From contig DASPXS010000201.1 in assembly GCA_035637175.1 (NCBI GenBank), forward strand, positions 1-41,315: DNA of 41,315 nucleotides, written 5' to 3'. The notes below the pieces were generated by a model. That model made no database searches. It had not been told where the DNA came from and saw nothing but the letters and a program-made list of their open reading frames with translations. The translations under genes were made by a program, and so were the position numbers. Positions 18,394 through 27,259 of the stretch are shown piece after piece (position 1 is the stretch's first letter; each line of letters starts with the position of its first letter). Source of the DNA: Haliangiales bacterium. GTDB taxonomy: Bacteria > Verrucomicrobiota > Verrucomicrobiia > Limisphaerales > AV2.

Positions 18394-18627
18394 ATGAACC
18401 CGAACACCTCGAAACTGCGACAGAAACAGGAAACCACGGAGCAAATCGCCTCGCAGCAGACCGCCCGTGAATTTGCCTCCCCGGAAGAGATGCTTCGCCA
18501 CGACGCCGGACAAATCAGCCCCCCGCCCGGCCTGGCCCATCGCGTGGCGGAGTCGATCGCGAAAGAACCGAGACCCGCGCGCTCGTGGTGGCAGCGATGG
18601 TTCTCGCGCCGTTCCACCAATCCATGA
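18394..18627 (+). CDS. small hypothetical protein downstream of the ECF sigma (possible anti-sigma or partner, no TM helix)
   Basis: 77 aa. It starts 4 nt after the sigma stop, and its stop overlaps the next ATG (ATGA), which argues that it is translated. I recognise no motif in it. Confidence 0.45.
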   Translation: MNPNTSKLRQKQETTEQIASQQTAREFASPEEMLRHDAGQISPPPGLAHRVAESIAKEPRPARSWWQRWFSRRSTNP

Positions 18628-19493
18628 CTTGCGTCGAACACGCCGTATCGCGGCCGCGACTGCCAAACCGGTCGGAGCGGGCCCGCTCGCGCATCGAGAC
18701 CGCGCGCCTCGCGCTGGCGGAATGCCGTTTATGCGCGCATCACTGCGGCGTGAATCGGCTCGCAGGCGAACGCGGGCTTTGCCGTGCCGGCGCCGGAACC
18801 CGCCTTTTCCAGGCGCAAGCCGAGGTGTCGGATGAACTCGAACTTGTTCCCACGTTCGCCATCGCGTTGAGCGGATGCGATCTGCGCTGCGCTTTCTGCA
18901 TTACCGGCGCGGAGAGTTGGAATCCCCGCGCCGGCGAACCCGTCGATCCTTTTGCCCTCGCGATGAAGGCGCAGGCGGCGCTGGACGACGGCGCGCGCAC
19001 GGTAATGATTCTGGGCGGTGAACCGACCATTCACCTTCCGACCGTGTTGGAAATCGTCGCCGGGTTGCCGGACAACGCGAAACTGGTCTGGAAAACCAAT
19101 GCGCACGGTTCGGTTCAGGCGCGCGAACTGCTGGACGGACTGTTCGATGTCTGGCTGGCGGACTATAAATTCGGCAACGACAGTTGTGCCGAACGGTTGG
19201 CGCGAGTTTCGGACTACACGCGCGTTGTTCAGGAGAATCTGCTTTGGGCCAACGAACACAGCGAACTCATCGTCCGGCATCTGGTCATGCCGGGCCATGT
19301 GGATTGTTGTTGGGCGCCGGTCGCGCGTTGGTTGGCGGAGAACCTGCCCGGTGTGAAAGTCAACTTGCGCACCGGCTTTTGGCCGGCATGGCAAGTGGCG
19401 CGTCATACTGAATTGCGTGGCACCGTTTCGACGACCGAAGCCAATCGCGCGTGGCGGATCGCCTGCGAACGAGACCTGCACTTGATAGAATGA
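18624..19493 (+). CDS. radical SAM protein, PflX-like (pyruvate formate-lyase activase-related)
   Basis: Start moved to the ATG at 18624 (MTCVEH). The N-terminal C.LC..HCGVNR..GE.G.C motif is typical of COG1313/PflX. The radical SAM cluster is CDLRCAFC (CxxxCxxC). Confidence 0.75.
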   Translation: MTCVEHAVSRPRLPNRSERARSRIETARLALAECRLCAHHCGVNRLAGERGLCRAGAGTRLFQAQAEVSDELELVPTFAIALSGCDLRCAFCITGAESWNPRAGEPVDPFALAMKAQAALDDGARTVMILGGEPTIHLPTVLEIVAGLPDNAKLVWKTNAHGSVQARELLDGLFDVWLADYKFGNDSCAERLARVSDYTRVVQENLLWANEHSELIVRHLVMPGHVDCCWAPVARWLAENLPGVKVNLRTGFWPAWQVARHTELRGTVSTTEANRAWRIACERDLHLIE

Positions 19494-19652
19494 GCGGAAT
19501 TCGAAAATTCGCAGCAACCAGCTTGGGCATTGTCCGTCCACGGGCTCGGATAAAGTTTGCGGCGGATTACAGTTGCCGGACCAGGTATTGTCATACCTGT
19601 GGAATTCATTTGGATGAGCAGGGAATTTGATGCGGTACACGACTGATCGACG

Positions 19653-19874
19653 ATGCCTATGGCCGAAGAATGCAATTCACTCTCTGCCGATTCAGCAGGA
19701 CCTGGTTCGACAAGTGAATTATTGATTCTGCCCGATGGGAGAATTCTTGTCCACAATTTAACTCCTTTGTTCGCCGCGCTGTTAAGCGACCTGAATCCTG
19801 CCGACGAACAGATTCGGTCCCGGGCAAATCGCGATCCGGAGCGCAACGACCGGCAACGAACCACCGAACACTGA
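19653..19874 (+). CDS. small hypothetical protein preceding the AAA+ gene
   Basis: 73 aa. It ends 7 nt before the AAA+ ATG. It has a plausible folded core ([28 protein letters not shown]) and a charged tail. Local GC is lower. No recognised motif. Confidence 0.35.
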   Translation: MPMAEECNSLSADSAGPGSTSELLILPDGRILVHNLTPLFAALLSDLNPADEQIRSRANRDPERNDRQRTTEH

Positions 19875-19881
19875 CCCGGCC

Positions 19882-21435
19882 ATGAACTTTGCGCTTGAAC
19901 TGGAAACATTGATTCGCGCCCGTTATCCGATCCTCTATGTCGTCTCGGCGGAAGAGGCGCGGGTGCAGCAGTTGGTCGTCGGCATCGCGCAACGGCGGCA
20001 GAAAAAAGTGTTCGAGTGGAGCTTCAGCACGGGCATCGTTCCCGCCGGCACGTCGATTCAATCCCAGAAGCACCGCAATGCGCCCACCAAAGATCCGCTG
20101 ATCGCGTTGGACCAGGTGATCGATCAGGTGGACCCCGCCATTTTCATCTTCAAAGATTTCCATCCCTTTCTGACCAGGAACAATTTTGCCGTCATTCGCA
20201 AGCTCAAGGAGATCGCGCTGCACCTCAAGAACAGCATTAAGACGATCGTTCTGGTCTCGCCGGTGCTGGAAATCCCCCCCGAACTGGACAAGGAAATCAC
20301 GATGCTGAACTTCCCGCTTCCGATCCGCGAGGACCTGGCGGCGTTGCTCGACAGGATTGTTGAAGACGTGAAGCAATTCAAACAGGTGAAAATCGATCTG
20401 GACGAAGCGGGACGTGAACGGCTGTTGCAGGCCGCGCTCGGGCTGACGCTGGGAGAGGCGGAAAACGTCTTCGCCAAGATCATCGTCAAAGACGAACGGC
20501 TGACCGGCGAAGACGTGAACGAGGTTTTTGCGGAGAAACAGCAGATCATTCGCAAGAGCGGGCTGCTCGAGTACTACGCGACCGATGAAACATTCTCGAA
20601 CGTTGGCGGGTTGGCCGTTCTGAAGGAGTGGCTGCAGAAACGGGCGGTGGCGTTCACCGACGAAGCGCGCGCGTTCGGTCTGCCCCCGCCGAAGGGCATC
20701 CTGATGCTGGGCGTCCAGGGTTGCGGAAAGAGTTTGTGCGCCAAGGCCGTCTCCTCTCTCTGGCAACTCCCCCTGCTGCGCTTCGACATGGGCCGGATGT
20801 TCGGCAGCCTGGTCGGCTCATCGGAGGAAAATGTTCGCCGCGCCATCGCGGTGGCGGAATCGGTCGCGCCCGCGATCCTCTGGGTGGACGAAATCGACAA
20901 GGCGTTTGCCGGATCGCAGGGTTCGGGCGCGACGGACGGGGGGACGACCGCGCGCGTGTTCGGAACTTTTCTGACCTGGCTTTCCGAGAAGATCGCGCCG
21001 GTGTTCGTAGTCGCCACCGCCAACGACATTTCCCAGCTTCCGCCCGAGCTGATGCGCAAGGGGCGGCTGGACGAGATATTCTTCGTGGACCTGCCCTCGG
21101 AGGGCGAGCGCCAGGAAATCTTCCGCATTCACCTGGCGCGACGGGGTCGCGACCCGCAGCTCTTCGACATCGAAACTTTGGCGGCGTGCGGCGAAAACTT
21201 CAGCGGCGCGGAGATCGAGCAGGCCGTGATCAGCGCGCTTTACGACGCGTTTTACGCCAAGGTGGAACTGAACACCCAGCACATCCTCGAAGCGTTGCGC
21301 CAGACGGTGCCCCTGGCCAAGACCATGGATGAACAGATCAATCGGCTGCGCAATTGGGCTGAAGGACGGGCGCGCAATGCCAGCACGACCCGGGTGCCCG
21401 GCGCGGACGACCAGGTTCGGCGAATGGAGTTTTGA
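19882..21435 (+). CDS. Ycf46-like AAA+ ATPase
   Basis: 517 aa. The N-terminus [28 protein letters not shown] resembles Ycf46 proteins. The single classic AAA module has Walker A GVQGCGKS, Walker [10 protein letters not shown], and SRH/Arg finger [25 protein letters not shown]. Confidence 0.8.
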   Translation: MNFALELETLIRARYPILYVVSAEEARVQQLVVGIAQRRQKKVFEWSFSTGIVPAGTSIQSQKHRNAPTKDPLIALDQVIDQVDPAIFIFKDFHPFLTRNNFAVIRKLKEIALHLKNSIKTIVLVSPVLEIPPELDKEITMLNFPLPIREDLAALLDRIVEDVKQFKQVKIDLDEAGRERLLQAALGLTLGEAENVFAKIIVKDERLTGEDVNEVFAEKQQIIRKSGLLEYYATDETFSNVGGLAVLKEWLQKRAVAFTDEARAFGLPPPKGILMLGVQGCGKSLCAKAVSSLWQLPLLRFDMGRMFGSLVGSSEENVRRAIAVAESVAPAILWVDEIDKAFAGSQGSGATDGGTTARVFGTFLTWLSEKIAPVFVVATANDISQLPPELMRKGRLDEIFFVDLPSEGERQEIFRIHLARRGRDPQLFDIETLAACGENFSGAEIEQAVISALYDAFYAKVELNTQHILEALRQTVPLAKTMDEQINRLRNWAEGRARNASTTRVPGADDQVRRMEF

Positions 21436-21603
21436 GACGTGCCAACGTCGGGCGTGACCGTTTTGGCTTCGCCTCCCTGGCCGGCCTCCCTTTCAATCCC
21501 TGGCCTGCCGAACGATTTTTCAAATTCCGCGTGAGGGGACGCCGGGTGCCCGGTCCAACCATTTGAATCGGTCATCCCAATCGCACGACGATCAAATGAT
21601 ATT

Positions 21604-22077
21604 ATGAGCTGCGTATGCATCCTTACACCGGTGGTGATCGCTGCCTGGCCGGCATTCAGCGCCGCGGTCGTGTCGGCGGCGGCTTCGCTGGGCTACGCAG
21701 TGGTTGAAGAGGCGAAAAAGGCAGCCGAATCCGCGGGCAAATCCCCACTGGTCAATCGAGTGGATCTGCAGGTGCCGCACAGCCAACTGGTCATGGACAC
21801 GCTCAATCGCGACCAGCGCATCTCGGTCACCCGCGACGGCGTGACCGTGACCTTCGCCCGCGACCCGCGCGGCAAAGCGTCCCTCTGCGTGACCGGCGAA
21901 GGCCACACGGAGGCCGAACTGAGGGCACTCGGTGAAGAGCTGAGTCAACGTCTGGTGCAGAAATACGTTTACCAGCGGTTGAAGGAGGAGATGCGCTTGC
22001 GCCAGTTCGTGGTCGTGGAAGAGGAAACCGACCAGAACCAGGCGATCCGCCTCAAAGTGCGTCACTGGGAGAACTGA
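21604..22077 (+). CDS. hypothetical protein with a hydrophobic N-terminus; the C-terminal part is possibly DUF1257/Ycf35-like
   Basis: 157 aa. The N-terminus is MSCVCILTPVVIAAWPAFSAAVVSAAASLGYAV. The C-terminal LVQKYVYQRLKEEMRLRQFVVVEEETDQNQAIRLKVRHWE recalls the Ycf35 C-terminal pattern; this is from memory and not verified. Confidence 0.5.
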   Translation: MSCVCILTPVVIAAWPAFSAAVVSAAASLGYAVVEEAKKAAESAGKSPLVNRVDLQVPHSQLVMDTLNRDQRISVTRDGVTVTFARDPRGKASLCVTGEGHTEAELRALGEELSQRLVQKYVYQRLKEEMRLRQFVVVEEETDQNQAIRLKVRHWEN

Positions 22078-22080
22078 GCC

Positions 22081-22281
22081 ATGCGACAACGCGAATTTGA
22101 AATCACCATCGGGCCGGACGGTTCGGTTGAAGTGCACGTGAAAGGCTACAAAGGCAAACGCTGTCTCGAAGCGGTGAAGTTCTTCGAACAAATCGTCGGA
22201 GAGACCCGGTCACAGCAGTTGACCAGCGAATACTATGATCCGGAAGAGGAAGTGCAGTATCACATCGAACAGCGGAGTTGA
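22081..22281 (+). CDS. DUF2997-like small protein
   Basis: 66 aa. EFEITIGPDGSVEVHVKGYKGKRCLEAVKFFEQIVGE....QLTSEYY fits the DUF2997 pattern (E..I..DG.V...V.G..G..C...T..LE..LG.......T.EYY). It starts 3 nt after the upstream stop. Confidence 0.6.
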   Translation: MRQREFEITIGPDGSVEVHVKGYKGKRCLEAVKFFEQIVGETRSQQLTSEYYDPEEEVQYHIEQRS

Positions 22282-22317
22282 AGTTCTGTCCGGGCGAATC
22301 AACCTTCCAGGTGAGTG

Positions 22318-23199
22318 ATGGCGGGGACGAATAACATGCCCAAGGCATTTTATCCACCGCGCGCCCGATGGTACAGTCCAATCTTTTATTTTTGGTACTG
22401 GCTTCGGCGGCGTCTTCTTTTGGATCGGATCAAACTGCCCTCGGCGGTCAACCTCGTGCGAGTTTTGTTGGGCTTGATGTTGCCGGGATACGCGTTTGCG
22501 GCTTGCGGACGGCCAACCATAGCCCGCGTTGTTTATGGCGGTTATGCGCTGGCCGCGTGCACATTCATCGTCTGGCTGGGGTATGTCATTTCGAGCCTGG
22601 CGCTGGCCGCGATGGTCTCGCTTCATGTCGTCGGCGTGCTCTATCTGGTCGGACGCCATTCGCCCGAGTTGAACGGCCGCTGGCGGATGGTTTTGTCAGT
22701 GACGACTTTTTTGCTGGTCTATTTTTGCTTTTACAGCCCGCTCCGGAGACAATTTGAGGAGCGGCTGGCAATGCCGTTAAGAGTGGGCGACAAGGTCGTC
22801 ATGGTCAGTAGCCGAAAGGACGCCGGGACAGTCAGGCGAGGAGATTGGGTGGCCTACCGAATCGTCCCAATCCGGGAGGGAAATGCCTTCCTGGCCGGGG
22901 GATTAGGATTTGGCCGGGTGCAGGCTGTTGCGGGCGACGAGGTTGTTTTTACGCCGAAGAGTCTTCAGATCAACGGGGCGCTGTTCCCGCGGCGGAGGTA
23001 TATGCCGGTCAATCAAACATGGGTAGTGCCGGAAAAGCACTGGTTTATTTGGCCGGATTCGACTATATCTATCTCAGGAAACCAAGAACAGGGCGATGCC
23101 GTGGCCCGACTGATGTGCGGGCTTTCCCTGGTCGCGGAACCACAGTACGTGGGCCAACCGCTGCGCCGGTGGTTTTGGCGACGCCAGACAATGCCATGA
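22318..23199 (+). CDS. polytopic membrane protein with a C-terminal S26 signal-peptidase-like domain lacking the Ser/Lys dyad
   Basis: About 4-5 TM helices are followed by an S26-like layout: LAMPLRVGDKVVMV / RRGDWVAY / GRVQAVAGDEVVF..LQINGA / VVPEKHWFIWPD / VGQPLRRWFW. The start is ATG 22318 or GTG 22315. Confidence 0.6.
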   Translation: MAGTNNMPKAFYPPRARWYSPIFYFWYWLRRRLLLDRIKLPSAVNLVRVLLGLMLPGYAFAACGRPTIARVVYGGYALAACTFIVWLGYVISSLALAAMVSLHVVGVLYLVGRHSPELNGRWRMVLSVTTFLLVYFCFYSPLRRQFEERLAMPLRVGDKVVMVSSRKDAGTVRRGDWVAYRIVPIREGNAFLAGGLGFGRVQAVAGDEVVFTPKSLQINGALFPRRRYMPVNQTWVVPEKHWFIWPDSTISISGNQEQGDAVARLMCGLSLVAEPQYVGQPLRRWFWRRQTMP

Positions 23200-23987
23200 G
23201 TCGTTTCAACAATCTGGAGTTCAGCGAGGAGTTTGACGGAGAATTGCAACACCGGCAAACCGACCAATCCACGCCGGCGGTCAAAGATGAGGCGTACTAT
23301 CTTGAACAGGCGCAGGCGGCGTTCGAGTGCGGCCAGTTCGAAGAAGCCCTGCGGCACTACGCCAAGGTCCTCGAGTTCAATCCGACCAATACCGCCGCCT
23401 GGACCGGCCAGGTGCGAATGCTGATCGAGTTGAATGAATTTCAGGAGGCCAAACAATGGTCGGACAAGGCGCTCCAACGTTTCCCCAATGATCCGGAACT
23501 GCTGGCGGCCAAAGCCGTCGCCCTGGCGCGTCTCGGCGATTTGAAAGCGGCGCTCGCCTACTCGGATGCTTCGCTGGAGGAACGGGGCGAAACACCCTAC
23601 ATCTGGCTGGCGCGGGGCGACGTGCAACTGGCGCGGGAGGAGAAGCGGGCGGATTACTGCTTTGAAAGGGCCTTGACCCTGGCGCCGCGCGATTGGTTCG
23701 TTCGTTGGTTGGCCGCGCGGGTCCACTATTACTACAAGAAATTCGCATTCGCGGTGAAACTGCTGCAAGAGGCACTCGAGTTGAAATCCGGCCAGGGCGT
23801 GCTGTGGTTGCAACTCGGTTTCTGTCAACAGGCCCTGGGGTTGGTGAAACCGGCCAGGGTCTCGTTCCAAAATGCGCGCGAATTCAGCCCGCACAGCCGG
23901 GAAGCCGACACGGCCTTGAGGAAGCTTTACCAGGTCGGGTTCTGGGAAAAGGTCCGCGGCCGCTGGCGCCAATTCTTTAACCAATGA
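23196..23987 (+). CDS. TPR repeat protein
   Basis: Start placed at the ATG at 23196 (MSRFNNLEF), overlapping the upstream stop (ATGA). The track ORF from 22845 overlaps the previous gene. It has several 34-aa TPR units, for example AYYLEQAQAAFECGQFEEALRHYAKVLEFNPTN. Confidence 0.8.
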   Translation: MSRFNNLEFSEEFDGELQHRQTDQSTPAVKDEAYYLEQAQAAFECGQFEEALRHYAKVLEFNPTNTAAWTGQVRMLIELNEFQEAKQWSDKALQRFPNDPELLAAKAVALARLGDLKAALAYSDASLEERGETPYIWLARGDVQLAREEKRADYCFERALTLAPRDWFVRWLAARVHYYYKKFAFAVKLLQEALELKSGQGVLWLQLGFCQQALGLVKPARVSFQNAREFSPHSREADTALRKLYQVGFWEKVRGRWRQFFNQ

Positions 23988-25051
23988 ACGCGTCGTGGTT
24001 GGACCGGTTGCTTGAGGCGGCGAACGAGTTTGGCGCTTCCGACCTCCATTTGATTGCCGGCGTGCCGCCGGCCTACCGGGTCAACGGCGAAATCATCCTT
24101 GCGGACGAAGATGCCTTGAAGCCGGAAATCATCACGGCCATGGCGGACGGGCTGCTCAACGGGATTCAGCGCGAAAAATTTGATCGCGAATGGGAACTCT
24201 GTATTTCACTCCTCCACCCGACGGCCGGCCGGGTGCGCGTGACTTTTTATCGACGGAACGGCCACCCGGAAATGAGCTTCCGCCTTTGCGGCGACCGCAT
24301 CCCCGGCCGCGAAGAACTGGGGCTCCCGGCGAAGATCGACGAACTGGCGCGCCGACCAAACGGTTTGATTCTCATTACCGGACCGACCGGGGCCGGCAAA
24401 ACGACGACGCTCAACTACATGGTGGAAGTCATCAATTCAGAGCGCCGGTGCAAGATCATCACGATCGAGGACCCGATCGAATTTGTGCATGAGAACAAGC
24501 GCGCCATCGTCGTTCAGCAGGAAGTTCTGACGGACACACAATCGTTCAACCGGGCATTGGTGCACGTATTGCGACAGGACCCGGACGTGATTGTGGTGGG
24601 TGAAGTGCGCGATCACGAGGCCATGGCCACCGCGCTGAAGGCGGCCGAAACGGGGCATTTGGTGATTGCGACGCTGCATTCGCCCAACGTCGCGCTGGCG
24701 CTGGAGAGGATTATCGGAGTGTTCGAGGGGAGCGCGCAGCGGCAGATTGTGCTGCAACTGGCCAATGCGTTGCAGGGGATCATCGCCCAGGAACTGCTCC
24801 CGGCGGTGGATCGTTCGCGGCGCGTGCTCGCTTACGAGCTGCTCATCGCCAACAGCGCTGTGCGCAACCTGATTCGCGAAAACAACCTGCATCAATTGGA
24901 AAACTGCATCCAGACCGGCGCCAGAGACGGCATGGTGCTGATGGACAACTGTCTTTACGAACTCTACTGTCGCTGCCAAATCAGCTACGACACCGCCCTG
25001 AGCCGCGCGCGTAACCCGGACCGGATCGCCAAAAGGGCCAACCAAACCTGA
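23984..25051 (+). CDS. pilT: PilT-family (type IV pilus retraction-type) hexameric ATPase
   Basis: 355 aa. Contains ASDLHL, Walker A GPTGAGKTTT, IITIEDPIEFVH, the Asp box DPDVIVVGEVRD, the His box TGHLVIATLHS, and AVRNLIRE. Its ATG overlaps the TPR gene stop (ATGA). Confidence 0.88.
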   Translation: MNASWLDRLLEAANEFGASDLHLIAGVPPAYRVNGEIILADEDALKPEIITAMADGLLNGIQREKFDREWELCISLLHPTAGRVRVTFYRRNGHPEMSFRLCGDRIPGREELGLPAKIDELARRPNGLILITGPTGAGKTTTLNYMVEVINSERRCKIITIEDPIEFVHENKRAIVVQQEVLTDTQSFNRALVHVLRQDPDVIVVGEVRDHEAMATALKAAETGHLVIATLHSPNVALALERIIGVFEGSAQRQIVLQLANALQGIIAQELLPAVDRSRRVLAYELLIANSAVRNLIRENNLHQLENCIQTGARDGMVLMDNCLYELYCRCQISYDTALSRARNPDRIAKRANQT

Positions 25052-25100
25052 TGCCGGGTCGCCCGGCGGGGCGGCCGCCAAAACCCCGGCGACGCAATTC

Positions 25101-26327
25101 ATGAACTGGCTTTCGCCAAAACTGTCCGGCGTGCTCGAAGCGGTTTTGTGCGCCGGCATCATCGGTTGGATTTTGTACCGGTGGTTGAAGAAGAGCGATG
25201 ATCCGGCGCGGCTGATTTCGAAGTGGGCCATCACCGCGGTGATGGGCGGCATCACCGGCTGGGTCGCCATTTCGAATTATCAGGAGGGAGGCAGCTATGG
25301 CGCCGCATTCATCATTGGGATTACCTGCGCCATCTGCGGAATCGTCCTGGGCATTACCTGGGGCGGCAATATCGCGGACTTCCTTGGCAGACCATTGACC
25401 AGCTTGTTCGACGGCGGCGATCAGGAGATGCCTCCGACGCCGTTCTACTCCATCGCTGAAGCCAGGCGGAAACGGGGGAACTACCCCGAGGCAGTCGCCG
25501 AAATACGCAAACAATTGGAGCGTTTCCCGGGTGATTTCACCGGGATGCTGATGCTCGCGGAGGTCCAAGCAGAGGACCTGAACGATTTTGCCGGCGCACA
25601 GGAGGCGATCGAGCGTCTGCTGATCGAGTCCGAGCGAAATCCTGCGAACATGGCGCTGGCGTTGAACCGCCTGGCGGATTGGCACCTGAAATTCGGGCGG
25701 GACCCGGATTCTGCGCGAGCGACGCTGGAACGCGTTCTGGAGATGTTTCCAGAAACGGAACAGGCCTACCTGGCGAGCCAGCGCATCGCCCATCTTGCCA
25801 CGGGAGAAATGCTGGCGGAAAAGCACGAACCGCATCGCATCAAGCTGGGACAGTACCAGGAGAACATCGGGTTGCTGCGAGAACCGGCGAAGGTGCGGGC
25901 ACCGGAAGAAGACCCGGCGACCGTCGCCGGAGACCTGGTCAGGCACCTGGCGCAACATCCGCAGGACGGTGAGGCCAGAGAGAGGCTGGCGTTGATTTAC
26001 GCGGAGCACTATCAACGATTGGATCTGGCGGCGGACCAACTGGAGCAGTTGCTCGCGCAACCGAACCTGCCGGTCAAACCGGCCGTTCGCTGGCTCAATA
26101 TGCTCGCCGACCTCCACCTCAAACATGGCGGCGACCTGGCGGCGGCCAGGCTCGCGTTACAACGCGTGATTGATAACTTTCCAAATCTGGCGGCGGCGGA
26201 AAATGCGAAAAACCGGATGGCCCATCTGCAACTCGAACTGCGTTCGAAGAAAAAGAGCCAGGTGTTGAGCCTGGGCTCTTACGAAAAGAATATCGGGCCG
26301 GGCGGCGGACCGGGCGTCACTGACTGA
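25101..26327 (+). CDS. membrane-anchored TPR-like protein
   Basis: 408 aa. Three N-terminal TM helices (LEAVLCAGIIGWILY, WAITAVMGGITGWVAI, AAFIIGITCAICGIVLGITWG) are followed by a helical-repeat region (YSIAEARRKRGNYPEAVAEIRKQLERFPGD...). Confidence 0.7.
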   Translation: MNWLSPKLSGVLEAVLCAGIIGWILYRWLKKSDDPARLISKWAITAVMGGITGWVAISNYQEGGSYGAAFIIGITCAICGIVLGITWGGNIADFLGRPLTSLFDGGDQEMPPTPFYSIAEARRKRGNYPEAVAEIRKQLERFPGDFTGMLMLAEVQAEDLNDFAGAQEAIERLLIESERNPANMALALNRLADWHLKFGRDPDSARATLERVLEMFPETEQAYLASQRIAHLATGEMLAEKHEPHRIKLGQYQENIGLLREPAKVRAPEEDPATVAGDLVRHLAQHPQDGEARERLALIYAEHYQRLDLAADQLEQLLAQPNLPVKPAVRWLNMLADLHLKHGGDLAAARLALQRVIDNFPNLAAAENAKNRMAHLQLELRSKKKSQVLSLGSYEKNIGPGGGPGVTD

Positions 26328-26712
26328 CGAGCAATTGACCGTAGATTTGTTTGTCGATCTCGCTGGCGAGGTCGATGTCCGCGACTCCGCCTCGGCGCAC
26401 CTGCACCGTCACTTTGGTGATCTTCGGTTCGCTGTCATCCAGGGCGACGTACACTTTGGCGGTGTCGATCCTTGCCTCCAACACCTTCCTGACAAGATCG
26501 TCACCGACCAGGGTGCCGTTGCGTTTCAACACGGCGATGCTGGCTGTTTTCACCTGGTCGTAAGACTTTTCATAACGGCTGACGATCTTGTCCTTTCCGG
26601 GCAAGCCGAAGATCAGATCTTCCTTGGGCGTGGAAACGCAGCCGGCGCACACAAACCAGAGACAACCCAGCGCCAGCAATGTGAAAAATTTAAGTGTCAT
26701 GGGGTTATGCAA
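26317..26712 (-). CDS. small lipoprotein (DUF3568-like)
   Basis: The signal peptide has a lipobox (LWFVCAGC). The ~110-aa mature domain has a pattern resembling DUF3568 lipoproteins. It overlaps the convergent upstream gene end by 11 nt. Confidence 0.55.
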   Translation of the reverse strand: MHNPMTLKFFTLLALGCLWFVCAGCVSTPKEDLIFGLPGKDKIVSRYEKSYDQVKTASIAVLKRNGTLVGDDLVRKVLEARIDTAKVYVALDDSEPKITKVTVQVRRGGVADIDLASEIDKQIYGQLLVSQ

Positions 26713-27259
26713 ACAGATTCCGATTCCTCGTCAAGCCTTAACCGCCAAGTCCACTGCTTCGGGGCGCATCTTCCAAGTAACACGCGAAGTTACTTCCTTC
26801 TTCCGTCGCCCCAGTGACTGAGTTGCTTGACACGGCCACCGGACCGCGGCTGTGTCCGAAGGACCAGCCGCAGCACGCCTGAATGCCCAAAGGCGGTGAA
26901 ATGACCCCAACACGCACATCCCCGGCGGAGCCGCTGCGGCTGGCGCTCCGCGCCCAGCCGCGGTCCGTTTCCTCGCGTTTTTCGGTGGCAGTGATCAGAT
27001 GCGCCCCTGCTTCGCTTCGCGAGCAAGCGATTTGCGAACGGGAACAAACCGGCGGCGTGGTCCGGATCGGTTGGCCGGAATGGTGTCATTGATCCCCCGG
27101 AACGGGGCTTTGGGAGGGCAAGATAACTTGTTGACAAAATTTTTGTGAGTTTTAACTTAACCGTGATTCGGGTAGCGGTACGTTTCTTCAGCGGGGTTCC
27201 CCACCCCCACCTCCTTGGCGTCTGCTGCCCGAATCGCTCTTTGCTTTTCGACTTCCTCA

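Noticed and set aside
18394-18627. The 77-aa ORF as a RiPP precursor for the downstream radical SAM enzyme
   Set aside because: The radical SAM protein has the PflX/activase-type N-terminal Cys motif and no SPASM/RRE features that I can see. The peptide has no Cys/Ser/Thr-rich core. The sigma-partner interpretation is simpler.
22845-23195. 117-codon N-terminal extension of the TPR ORF
   Set aside because: It overlaps the S26-like gene in another frame. The ATG at 23196 gives an ATGA-coupled start and a normal TPR protein.
26846-26871. SRP (4.5S) RNA-like GUCC-GAA-GGAC hairpin
   Set aside because: It lacks the conserved domain IV symmetric and asymmetric loop sequence (AGGUCCGGAAGGAAGCAGC). 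It looks like one of the dispersed GC-rich repeats.
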